NCBI GenBank assembly: GCA_951406725.2
Contig: OX597818.1
Location: 33,232,001-33,296,000 of the forward strand
Direction: 5' to 3'
Length of the DNA: 64,000 nt
Source: Octopus vulgaris
Taxonomy: Eukaryota
Positions 27,897 through 40,111 of the stretch are shown here, piece after piece. The notes below the pieces were generated by a model that searched no databases, had not been told where the DNA came from, and was given only the letters and a program-made list of their open reading frames with translations. The position numbers and the translations under genes are program-made. Within the stretch, counting starts at the first letter, position 1. Every line of letters begins with the position of its first letter.

Positions 27897-28963
27897 TCAC
27901 TCACACACACACATATATGTGTAATCGATACCGGTGCTGAAATTTGACGTAGAAGCATCAAAGAATAAACCCACGATAAATAAGAGCACAATAAATAGCA
28001 TGTCGTTAAACACCGACCCAATATTACTTTGCAATGAATCCAAGCGGGACCGAGCAGCAGGTTTAGCATAAAAGCCGAAAGGAATAAAATACTGATGTAG
28101 TTCAGACTGCAATCATATTCAACAGCTGTTTCATTAAGATAAGCACCACAAAAATATAAATTTATATAAGTGTAATACATAATGCAAGATCAATTTATTT
28201 CAGTAAACATTTTTTTTTTAAATGCTTGCACAAATCATCAGAAATGTTTCGTTATACGAATCAGAAAACAGTTACTGATTTATATAAATCCAGACAGATA
28301 CACGAAGAGCTTCAACACAGTTCCTCTATAAAAAATTAAAAACATTAATTGGTTCGGTGCAATGGTGGAAGGCACTCGCTAATGATACTACACAAAAATT
28401 TGCAGCCACAGAAATATCTTCTTAATCACCCAATACTTATGCTTGTTATCGTTTACCAACCGACTCAGAGTTGTCGTTTCAAAACACAATGCTATCTAAG
28501 AATCTATCACCCAATGTGACCATCCATTTTAAGACTTAGACCATAATTGAACGAAACTGCGAATATATCCCTAGCAACTTCAGCAATCACAAGAACCTTC
28601 TTTCAATCTCACTGGCGGTATTAATTATAACAACAAAACTGCAAAACCTTATGCAGTTTTACGGGCCTTTTTTCCCTCCCTTAAAATAACTAAGGATTTT
28701 CCGTTGAGAGAAATATTTGTATTCGATGTGCAGTACTATATTATGCATTAATTATAAATCATTAAAATCCTAGATGACATTTTTATTTATTCTTTAATTA
28801 TAATTACATTATTAGAACTATATAATTACATTTTTAGAAAAAATATATAACACGTTTCACTTAATGCTATTTTTTAAATACAATGTTATTAGATTACATT
28901 TAATTCTATGCGGTTTCAATTATAAAAATTTCCCGCCTTCATGTTAGACCAGCAACCACCGAA
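27479..28963 (+). repeat. Local direct duplication of ~130 bp (27479-27611 and 28840-28963)
   Basis: AAAAATATATAAC..TGTTATTAGATTACATTT..CGCCTTCATGTTAGACCA..AACCAC in both copies. Confidence 0.8.
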
Positions 28964-29160
28964 TATTTTCAACGACCCAAATACCATATCAATGTCATGT
29001 ATTAATTAATGAAGCAAATTAAACCATGAAAGCTTCATTTTAACTCTTCTAATTAATCAATATAGAAATTAAGACCTTATTTCAAACACCGAACTAATTG
29101 AAAAGCTCTGAGGGTTTAACCTAACGTATTAAACTGCATAACCTCAATAAGTACTGGTAG

Positions 29161-29199
<39 letters not shown>

Positions 29200-29548
29200 T
29201 GATTTCTGAATTATGAGACCATACTTTTGCATGTGCCACATTTTATGTAATCCCCTATATTAATTCCCTCCCAGATTTTCAATTAATTTTCAGTTTCAGG
29301 GGTAAATATTGGAATTATTTATACAGTTTAGACCGTGAATACAATTTCAGATTTTCTTGAATAGCTGTAGCAGTTGTATTCTTAATAACATTTGATTTCT
29401 ATGTAAAGTTTATGACTTTCAGCACCTACCTCATTCTCAAGCGCTAAATTCAAAATTAATAGTTATAGAATTAGATTATTCTTTTCACACTGAAAATATA
29501 TACATACATGCATGCATGCATATATAAGCACACACACACACTCACACA

Positions 29549-29602
<54 letters not shown>

Positions 29603-29631
29603 CGTACGTATGTATTATGTCTCTATGCAGG

Positions 29632-29900
29632 TGCAGGCGTGGCAGTGAGCTAAGAAGCTTGCTTCCCAACATGGTTCAGGGTTCAGACACACTGCGTGGT
29701 ACCCTCGGCAGGTGTGTTCTGCTAAAGCTTCTGAGTGGAAGACGAAAACTGAAAGAGGCCCGTCCTATGTGTGAATATATGTGTGTGTGCGCGTGCGAGC
29801 GTGTCCACACAGCTTGACAAACGGTCAACCGGAGCTGGCTTGTTTACGACCCCGTAACGTACCAGTTCGACAGAAGGATCTGAATGAATAAGTATTGCAT
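29632..29900 (+). mobile_element. SINE family B, decayed
   Basis: GCAGGCGTGGC..GTTCAG..CTGCGTGGTACC..AAACTGAAAGAGGCCCGTC. Confidence 0.7.
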
Positions 29901-30562
29901 TGATAAATTTCACTAAAGCTTCTTCAAGAAAAAGATTATATATATATATATAAATATATATATAATATAATGTTTATATATAACTTTTATATCTCTGCCA
30001 CCTGCGATGCTGTTGCGTACGACAAAGTTTATTAAATTACTACCTTTATCGCAAAACTACAATTAAGATGTAAAAAGAATAAATATTATTTCCAGAATTT
30101 AAACAGAATTAAAGTTCTGTGCATCAGTACTAATAAAAATACGCCTTGGGCCTTGAGTTTATCCAATTACAAATAATGAGAAAGTTGATGTATTGATATT
30201 TTACGTAAACAGAAGTTATTTAAAACGAATTAAAAAAACTTTCCAATATGGCGCAATATTTTGACTATTAAACGAAGTAAAACTTATGTATGCTTACATG
30301 CTTTTGGAGACTAATGCCAAAGCCTAGAGAAAGACTCAAGTGTTAAGAAAGCATGACGCTGTCCAACATATGAGTTACTGCGCTGCAAGATTCATTGCTT
30401 ATAACATTACCCTCTCACGAAAGTCCGTAGGTAAGACTTTCGTAGCTCTATGATGGTAGATTATTATGCTTTTAATATTTCGGGCTTCCAGACATCTTTT
30501 CTAGGCCATGTTTTCTTCCCTATTCCCCCTTCCTTTTGTTTTATTTTGGATGCTTTTGTTTT

Positions 30563-30675
30563 ACTCCGATGAAGCATCGTGCCCTGATTCAAATGTCCCA
30601 TGAAGATGAGGAATTTATTTTCGCAATTATTTGTAAACATTGATCGGAACTGGATGCGGAAACGGCCGTGAGAGT
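30563..30675 (+). ncRNA. Degenerate hammerhead motif
   Basis: CCGATGA-A-GCATC..GATGC-G-GAAA-CGGCCG-TG. Palindromic stem III, but a GUG triplet and a weak stem I. Confidence 0.5.
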
Positions 30676-30989
30676 TCTTATGTCACATAAATGTTATGCC
30701 ATGTTTTGTATTAAATAATAAGCTATAAAAATGGTCCTCTTGATGTGCTTGTTGATCTGAGGTTTTCTCAATTTTCTGATTACTTATATTTGTTTCCTGA
30801 TAAGCTTTTGTTTATTTTGTTGTTACTTGTACTCTACGAGCATAGTGTGCCAGCATACCCATGCCCTGAGATAACATGGGTAAGGGATACCGATAGTACG
30901 GGTATTTTATCCCGTAGTCGGTCATTATAACCGCTAACTCTGCTTCAATATATGTATATATATGATTGTCTACCAAATCCACAAGTTTT

Positions 30990-31147
30990 CTTTATTCCTT
31001 CTTTGTTTATTTCATCGTGTTCCTTTCTGGTGAAGAGTGTGGGCTCGAAACGTAAAAGACTCTCACATTCCCTAGCATCAAATTAATGCACCTGCTTATT
31101 GTATATACACCTGTCTTCGTCTTTTGTTTTTCTGTAAATTTCAACTA
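30990..31147 (+). mobile_element. Short repeat with decayed minimal HHR, ending in a TA/TG microsatellite
   Basis: CTTTCTGGTGAAGAGTGTGGGCTCGAAACGTAAAAGAC at 31023-31060; tail CACCTGTCTTCGTCTTTTGTTTT is shared with the 38105 and 59330 copies. Confidence 0.65.
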
Positions 31148-31176
31148 TATATGTGTGTGTGTGTGTATGAATCCAT

Positions 31177-31240
<64 letters not shown>

Positions 31241-31321
31241 ATATATTTATGTATATGTATATATACTCAATAATATTTTACATATAGAGAAATATATGTG
31301 TGTACTTGTGCGTGTGTATGC

Positions 31322-31355
<34 letters not shown>

Positions 31356-31360
<5 letters not shown>

Positions 31361-31582
31361 GGAGAGCTGGCAGAAATGTTAGCGCGCCGGGCGAAATGCT
31401 TAGCGGTATGTCGTCTGTCGTTACGTTCTGAATTCAAATTCAGCCGAGGTCGACTTTGCCTTTCATCCTTTCGGGGTCGATAAATAAAGTGCCAGTTTCG
31501 CACTGGGGTCAATGTAATCGACTTAATCCCTTTGTCTGTCTTTGTTTATCCCCTCTATGTTTAGCCCCTTGTGGGTAATAAT
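31356..31582 (+). mobile_element. SINE family A monomer
   Basis: Head, core and tail intact, between microsatellites. Confidence 0.85.
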
Positions 31583-31583
31583 A

Positions 31584-31630
<47 letters not shown>

Positions 31631-32344
31631 CGTGTATGTGTATACATATATGTATATGAGTATATACATGAGTGTTTGTCGACGCATATTCGTATAAATA
31701 TTTATGTGCGTATGTGTAACGATGTAAGCGTGAGTGTCTGGCGTGATACAGCAGAAGTATTCAAGTCACTTTCAATCTAAAGCAATAAGTTTATAATCTA
31801 CGGTTGTTTCAACTTTTTTTTTATGAATCTAATTAGTGATTTGTCGATTCAAATTGACATAAGGAATTTGGAAAAGGAAATTATAAAACAAAACTATCTC
31901 CAATAACAACAAATAATAATGATAAAAACCACTAATGATAATATATAACAATAACAATAATAAACAATAATAATAGTAATACTGATAATGTTTAGAATTT
32001 TAAAATAAGCAACATTTAATTCCTATATTTACTTCACGTTATTTTGTTTCATTATTATTATTTTTTTGAATTTTCCTTTTTATCTCCCGGTTTTTGTTTT
32101 AATGTTATCGTAAAGAGTTCAGATTGTGAGGATTGACTTCACCTGATGTTTCAAACAAAAGAAATGACACTTATAATTTGTAAAGTTAGCTTGAAATGTC
32201 ACAACCTATTACAGTTTATCTTTTCCTAGGAAAGGAGGCAATGCAAGTACAGCTTCGGAAGGCAGACAACGGAATTTAAGGTAGATAGGGGGAAAAAAAG
32301 AAAGAAAATGTACACAAAGACACATATGCACTTACTATGTATGC

Positions 32345-32396
<52 letters not shown>

Positions 32397-33966
32397 CCGT
32401 GTGTCCGTGTGTCCGTGTGTGTATGCATGTTTGTATATATATATATATATATATGTTTGTGTGTATGTGTGTGTGTTTGTTTGCGTGTGTATGTGTATGT
32501 ATAAGTGTGTATAAATATGTGTTTGTGTGTATGTGTATATGTATGGATGTTTGTATGTATGTATGTATGTAAATATATATATAGAATGATAATAAAATGT
32601 TTAAAACGTGATAAACAGAACTGGGAAATGAGATTGAAATGAACGAAAAAAATACTTATACGTGAAAAGAACACAAAAAAAAAACATAAATGTTAATTTG
32701 TGTTTTTTTTAATATTAGTTATATAAGAAGGAGTGGCAATTAAGAACATAGGAATTTAATAAAAGGAGAAGAAAAAGAAGTCGTGTTTATAAACTAACAA
32801 AAAAAAAAAAAAAGAAACGCGAAAACAAAAACGGAGAAAACAACGAGAATATATTTATAAGAAAGTCAGAGGTTTGGAGGGAATGAATCTGAATCGGAGG
32901 GAATGGGTAAAAACAAAGAATAAATATATGAAGAGTAGAATAAAATAAAGTTAGAAGTAGAATGGAATAACAAAGGAAAAGGACCCATGAAGAAAATAAG
33001 GAAAAACGATGATTAAATAATGAAAGACAATATTTAAATTTTGTGTTTAAACTGGGGTGGGGAAAATAAGTATAAATAAGAATAATAAAATTAGCAATAA
33101 ATGCAGTGGTAAATTCCTCATCATTTTGAAAGAAAATATATATGCCAATAATATGGTGAGTTATACCAAATTATCGGGTTCCTTGCAATGCAATCTATCT
33201 CTATTATCTTTTCAATTCTTCTTCGCATTTAGCCTCTCACCACACACAACCTTTACCTTTCTATCAGTCAATCATTCATATCTTTATCCTTCTCTTCCTT
33301 TTTCTTTCTGACCCCTTTCTCTCTCTCTTTCCCTCCCTCCCTCTCTCCCTCTCGCCCTCTTTCTCTCTCTTTCTCCTACATCAAATATTTTTATGCTGTA
33401 ACATCCTCCTTATCTCTTTCACTCCCTTATTTATTTATTGCTCGTCATAAAACTTAACTTTGTAATTTTCTCTGATTTTTCCATCAATTTTTCCCTTTCT
33501 CTATCTCTCACTCTCTCTATCCCTTCATTTCTCTCATCCACAACGATTCTTCCCCCAGCCCCCACTCCCACCCCCGCACTCCTTACGACAATGCCATTCT
33601 TGAAAATCATTATTGCACCATAAATCCTTACACATTCTTCTTTCTCTTCGTCTGATTCTGCTTTCTTCATGCCCTACCCCCTTTACTCTCTATTTCTGTT
33701 ACCTCTTTTCTGTCTTCCTTTCTGTCCTTTTTCTCGCAGCTTCGCCTTCTATTTCTCCCTCCCTTTCTCCCTTTCTATCTATCTATTTCTCTGTCTGTCC
33801 GTCACATTCTCTGCTCCTCTCTCGTTCCCTCTTTTCTTTATGCCACACGTTCATTTAAATTTTACCGATGAATTTTCCTGCCCATATTCATTCCACTTCT
33901 TAAATAATAACTATTTTTTCGGCGGTGCCCCAGCATGGCCACAGCTCGTGAGCTGAAACTAGATGA

Positions 33967-34017
<51 letters not shown>

Positions 34018-34205
34018 TAGATAGATACATACATACATACATACATACATACGTACATATAAATATATATATATATATATATATTAACAATTAAGGAACG
34101 GCCATAATAGGCCATTCACCCACTAGAAATAACAGCCAAAGCTTCTACCGCAAATAAAGATCAATTCCGTAAACAGGAGAAAATTAAAAAAACATTTACC
34201 CTGTA

Positions 34206-34312
34206 ATTTCTTGTACGGTATACCGTTTCATCTGCTGTTTAATGGTAAACTAACCTGATTAAATTAAATCAAGCCAATCTTCCATAAGCCCTCAGATTCT
34301 TCAGCAAGAAAT
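34206..34312 (-). ncRNA. Type I hammerhead ribozyme, copy 1
   Basis: Minus strand reads AUUUCUUG-CUGAAGA-AUCUG..(extended stem II)..CAGAU-GAAA-CGG-UAUA-CCG-UA-CAAGAAAU. Perfect 8-bp stem I, canonical core, GUA cleavage triplet; predicted cut between 34214 and 34213. Confidence 0.92.
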
Positions 34313-34690
34313 AGCTCAAGTCGGAACAGATATTTACACGAGGCATACCCAATCCTGCCAAGGCAATATTTGACCTAAAATTTTCAAATCGTCGCACTCG
34401 CGCCAAATTTATCGGCAGCAAATAAATCGTCGATTCCATTACGGAATTAACCAAAAAATTCATAATTAATCAATATAGGGTGGCAAGGAAAATTTTGTAG
34501 AATTTTTTTGCCACCAGCGGCCCAGTGGGAAAAAATTAAATAGTCATAGACCATTTTTAAGTTCAACATTAACAATTAAGGAACGGCCATAATAGGCCAT
34601 TCACCCACTAGAAATAACAGCCAAAGCTTCTACCGCAAATAAAGATCAATTCCGTAAACAGGAGAAAATTAAAAAAACATTTACCCTGTA

Positions 34691-34797
34691 ATTTCTTGTA
34701 CGGTATACCGTTTCATCTGCTGTTTAATGGTAAACTAACCTGATTAAATTAAATCAAGCCAATCTTCCATAAGCCCTCAGATTCTTCAGCAAGAAAT
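34691..34797 (-). ncRNA. Type I hammerhead ribozyme, copy 2
   Basis: Same sequence as 34206-34312, offset +485. Confidence 0.92.
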
Positions 34798-35175
34798 AGC
34801 TCAAGTCGGAACAGATATTTACACGAGGCATACCCAATCCTGCCAAGGCAATATTTGACCTAAAATTTTCAAATCGTCGCACTCGCGCCAAATTTATCGG
34901 CAGCAAATAAATCGTCGATTCCATTACGGAATTAACCAAAAAATTCATAATTAATCAATATAGGGTGGCAAGGAAAATTTTGTAGAATTTTTTTGCCACC
35001 AGCGGCCCAGTGGGAAAAAATTAAATAGTCATAGACCATTTTTAAGTTCAACATTAACAATTAAGGAACGGCCATAATAGGCCATTCACCCACTAGAAAT
35101 AACAGCCAAAGCTTCTACCGCAAATAAAGATCAATTCCGTAAACAGGAGAAAATTAAAAAAACATTTACCCTGTA

Positions 35176-35282
35176 ATTTCTTGTACGGTATACCGTTTCA
35201 TCTGCTGTTTAATGGTAAACTAACCTGATTAAATTAAATCAAGCCAATCTTCCATAAGCCCTCAGATTCTTCAGCAAGAAAT
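35176..35282 (-). ncRNA. Type I hammerhead ribozyme, copy 3
   Basis: Same sequence as 34206-34312, offset +970. Confidence 0.92.
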
Positions 35283-35660
35283 AGCTCAAGTCGGAACAGA
35301 TATTTACACGAGGCATACCCAATCCTGCCAAGGCAATATTTGACCTAAAATTTTCAAATCGTCGCACTCGCGCCAAATTTATCGGCAGCAAATAAATCGT
35401 CGATTCCATTACGGAATTAACCAAAAAATTCATAATTAATCAATATAGGGTGGCAAGGAAAATTTTGTAGAATTTTTTTGCCACCAGCGGCCCAGTGGGA
35501 AAAAATTAAATAGTCATAGACCATTTTTAAGTTCAACATTAACAATTAAGGAACGGCCATAATAGGCCATTCACCCACTAGAAATAACAGCCAAAGCTTC
35601 TACCGCAAATAAAGATCAATTCCGTAAACAGGAGAAAATTAAAAAAACATTTACCCTGTA

Positions 35661-35767
35661 ATTTCTTGTACGGTATACCGTTTCATCTGCTGTTTAATGG
35701 TAAACTAACCTGATTAAATTAAATCAAGCCAATCTTCCATAAGCCCTCAGATTCTTCAGCAAGAAAT
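35661..35767 (-). ncRNA. Type I hammerhead ribozyme, copy 4
   Basis: Same sequence as 34206-34312, offset +1455. Confidence 0.92.
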
Positions 35768-36145
35768 AGCTCAAGTCGGAACAGATATTTACACGAGGCA
35801 TACCCAATCCTGCCAAGGCAATATTTGACCTAAAATTTTCAAATCGTCGCACTCGCGCCAAATTTATCGGCAGCAAATAAATCGTCGATTCCATTACGGA
35901 ATTAACCAAAAAATTCATAATTAATCAATATAGGGTGGCAAGGAAAATTTTGTAGAATTTTTTTGCCACCAGCGGCCCAGTGGGAAAAAATTAAATAGTC
36001 ATAGACCATTTTTAAGTTCAACATTAACAATTAAGGAACGGCCATAATAGGCCATTCACCCACTAGAAATAACAGCCAAAGCTTCTACCGCAAATAAAGA
36101 TCAATTCCGTAAACAGGAGAAAATTAAAAAAACATTTACCCTGTA

Positions 36146-36252
36146 ATTTCTTGTACGGTATACCGTTTCATCTGCTGTTTAATGGTAAACTAACCTGATT
36201 AAATTAAATCAAGCCAATCTTCCATAAGCCCTCAGATTCTTCAGCAAGAAAT
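36146..36252 (-). ncRNA. Type I hammerhead ribozyme, copy 5
   Basis: Same sequence as 34206-34312, offset +1940. Confidence 0.92.
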
Positions 36253-36631
36253 AGCTCAAGTCGGAACAGATATTTACACGAGGCATACCCAATCCTGCCA
36301 AGGCAATATTTGACCTAAAATTTTCAAATCGTCGCACTCGCGCCAAATTTATCGGCAGCAAATAAATCGTCGATTCCATTACGGAATTAACCAAAAAATT
36401 CATAATTAATCAATATAGGGTGGCAAGGAAAATTTTGTAGAATTTTTTTGCCACCAGCGGCCCAGTGGGAAAAAATTAAATAGTCATAGACCATTTTTAA
36501 GTTCAACATTAACAATTAAGGAACGGCCATAATAGGCCATTCACCCACTAGAAATAACAGCCAAAGCTTCTACCGCAAATAAAGATCAATTCCGTAAACA
36601 GGAGAAAATTAAAAAAACATTTACCCTGTAA

Positions 36632-36689
<58 letters not shown>

Positions 36690-37777
36690 GCATGTATGTA
36701 TAGCTGTGTGTATGTGCGTACATGCATATATATATATATATATATTTGCGTGTGTGTATGTAGGTATGTGTATATATATGTGTATGTGTGGATTTATTTA
36801 TTTATTTATTTATTTCATATCCTTACAGTCTTCTGTTTCTCATTTTTCGCATCTCAGTCTATCTCTCTACCTCTTTTTATTTCATTCATTTCTTCTTTAC
36901 TCCCCACTGCTGTTTGTTTCGGTTTCATCTACAAAACAATTCTTTTATGTAGCAACTCCTCAGCAAACTTCGACCCACCACATCTACCCTACTGTTTCTT
37001 TGTTCGCCCCTTTTGTTTACACTGTCATGTCTATGTCACTCACTATAACACTTTTAATCATTGTTGCTGTATGTTAGGAGAAGTTTTCTTCACTTCGTTG
37101 TGCCACCCCCTTCCCGGAGCTTTAAGGTAAAAAGGGACGACAAAAGGAAAACGGAAGGAAAAGAAATGCGATGGATGTTTAAAGGATGCAAGACGTTGGC
37201 GATAAGGAAGCAAGGTCGATATAAACAGAAGGAACAACAAAACAAAACAAACCAAAACATCAAAGCATTAAACAATGTTATCAATGATTAAATTTGGAAG
37301 CACTTCTAATGATTCCTGTCATCAGTGTATCACACCAGCTCCAAACAACAACAGGAACAACAGCAACAACGATAGGTCGAAGCTACATCCCAAACAACAG
37401 CTCCGGAAACAACATCACCGCAAACAACACCACAGACAGTGGAAAATCATTACCAACCAACGCTACTACTAACACCACGACCAACTAACACCGCTGCCAA
37501 CGACACTACAAACTGAGGCAACTAATACACAACAAAAGGACAATTAAAACAGCAAATAACATGAAAACAGTGGCATTCAAATCCATCTGTTATCAATGTA
37601 TATACTATCGAAACTAAACTTAATATAACAAAGAAATCGGACATGTAATAGCGAATAAATAAATTACATAAAGTGTAAAATGGCTGAATTGTTTTCACAC
37701 GTATATGTATTAATGTATTATACAAGAGGAAAGACGTGCGCGTGTATGTGTGTGCGTTTGTGTGTGTGTGTGTGTGT

Positions 37778-37808
<31 letters not shown>

Positions 37809-38073
37809 CACTATGTTTTGCTTGTTTCAGTCATTGGAGTGCGGTCGTATTCTGGCACAGCCCTGAAGGCTTGAGACGAAAAAATCGAGCCCAATACGTA
37901 TTAAGTCAAGGACTTATTATATCGGTGCTGTTAACCGAACCACTAGATTACGTGGAATAAAATAAAGCATTGCTGGGTGTTAAGCGCTGGAAGGACAAAC
38001 AGAAACACGCATATATATATATATACATGCATATATATATATATATACATGCATGCATACATACATACATACA

Positions 38074-38104
<31 letters not shown>

Positions 38105-38290
38105 CGAGAATTTACAAAAAAATAAAAGACGAAGACAGGTTGTGTAGACAACAAACAGATGTATTAGTTTAACGCTCGGGAAGTGAAGTCTTTAACGTTT
38201 CGAGTCTACGCTCTTCCACAGAAAGGAACACAGAAAGAAACAAGGAGAGAAAATAAAGAATGTGTAGTTGCGAGCGATCTATCAGGGCGA
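38105..38290 (-). mobile_element. Short repeat with minimal-HHR-like motif (same family)
   Basis: Reverse complement of 38190-38225 is CTTTCTGTGGAAGAGCGTAGACTCGAAACGTTAAAG; the 3' end abuts (TATG)n. Confidence 0.65.
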
Positions 38291-39781
38291 ATGCCAGACA
38301 GAGGGGTCACACAGGAGAACTAGGAAGAAAGGGAGATAAGAAAGTAGTGGGGATCCCAAAACGAAGTTACGCACATACAAATACGATGACGCTTCATCCA
38401 GTTTCTCTCTACCAAATTCACTCGCAATGTCTTGGTCGCCCCGGGGCTTTAATGGATGACAACTCAGTTGCCGCGCAGCAGGTTCCGGTGGTCGAAGCGA
38501 CATGGTTGTAACCTGACCTTCCTAACTATACGCAAACGTCTGCACGAGCACACACACACACAGACACGCACATATATGTATATACATTTACATGTACGTA
38601 TGTGTACACATGTATACATATCGACATACAAATTTTTTTTGTATATACGCCTATGTGTGAGTGTTTGTATGTGTATGCGTGCATGTGTGTGTTTTGAGTT
38701 GGGTAAAATTTATGTATCACCACGTATTCCCCTGATTTGTTCTGAGAGAAGAACATGCTGCTAAATAAGAGATTCGTGTAAAAATTAAATATTTCAGCAT
38801 CTAAAAATATAGCAGTAACGAAAGGGAAAATGATTAGGGATAACATATGTCATTAAATAAAGACAAAATAGGATTGCTCGGAAATATGAATCAAACAAAA
38901 TATGAGGAAACCGGTAATAGCGGATATCTCATATTTTGTAGTCCCGGTGACTACACTGGATGTGATTTTTAGTCTGACAGCAAAGAATAGTGGAATGATT
39001 AATTTAGGAAGTCAGATAGGCATTGGAAGATATTCTTTGCAATGTAGTCTTTTATACCGCAATTTAAAATAAAAATACTGGAAATTTTCAACGGGCCAAT
39101 ATTTTTAATATTGTGAACTAAATATGTTTCGACAATATGATATATGTATACATATATGACTTATATAGTAAATACCACTATGACCGATATCCAAACTACA
39201 GTGGAGAAGGCTAGCCACTGGATTTGGTTAAAAAGAAACTATGAGCGATGGCTAGAAGAATACTGAGCGGGGCTTCATATAAGTGAAGGAACCGCTGCGC
39301 AATGATGCCGTTCAGAGGTAAACCCCGAAACGGTGCGCATTCTCTCTTGATGACCCCATTTATTTTCCGGCTTCAGGTATGCAAAGCTTTCAACTGGTAG
39401 CACTTGCATGTCCAAGTTGTTTGCAAAACATATAAATAGGGCTAATTTAGCTGTAACTCCGAAGAGTGAAAACATGATGAACAACCTTAATCGAATATTT
39501 ATTGGATTCTCACCAGTATCATCGACATCAATTAGACATATCCTATAAAAAACAAGCAATCAATCGGGTTTTATATGCCCAACGATTACAGTATCTAAAG
39601 GTAACTGGAGCTACTAGTTTGCATACCGTAAATGTTATTGAAGGGTCGTTCTTTATGTTACTTGTCCTATTTTCCATTTGTTTCGTTGTTTGCGTATTCA
39701 ACTCATGTATGTTTGAATTTCATGCCATTTACGATTTGTGACGTCCTGTGCCCATATATGCATATATATATACATTACATT

Positions 39782-39829
<48 letters not shown>

Positions 39830-39970
39830 TACACATATACACACACATATATATATATATACATATATATGTACAAGTATATGTATATATATATATACAT
39901 ATATATACATACACATATATATATACACATATACATATATGAGAGAGATAGATATATATGGATCTATCTG

Positions 39971-40039
<69 letters not shown>

Positions 40040-40062
40040 ATCTATGTATATTTATATATATA

Positions 40063-40110
<48 letters not shown>

Positions 40111-40111
<1 letters not shown>

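Larger units (their letters stand above)
34083..36631 (-). mobile_element. Tandem array of 485-bp hammerhead-containing units (5.26 copies), non-LTR retrozyme-like, between (TA)n tracts
   Basis: Unit start ATTAACAATTAAGGAACGG recurs at 34083, 34568, 35053, 35538, 36023 and 36508 (485-bp period). The ORF track shows identical 64-aa translations at the same spacing. Each full unit carries a type I HHR on the minus strand. TA microsatellite on both flanks. Confidence 0.9.

Noticed and set aside
34269-36403. Five identical 64-aa ORFs (MNFLVNSVMEST...)
   Set aside because: A by-product of the 485-bp repeat. The ORF overlaps the ribozyme and shows no recognisable protein motif.
34083-36631. CRISPR array or rDNA/snRNA tandem cluster
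   Set aside because: No short repeat/unique spacer structure, no cas genes, and no 5S, tRNA or snRNA similarity visible.
37294-37488. Thr/Asn-rich ORF resembling a mucin-like exon
   Set aside because: Decayed (AAC)n-type low complexity with no clear splice context or domain.
39305-39345. HHR-like GG-TAAA-CC-CCGAAACGG (similar remnants at ~13545, ~14030, ~47395)
   Set aside because: CUGANGA core and/or stem I missing; too degenerate to call.
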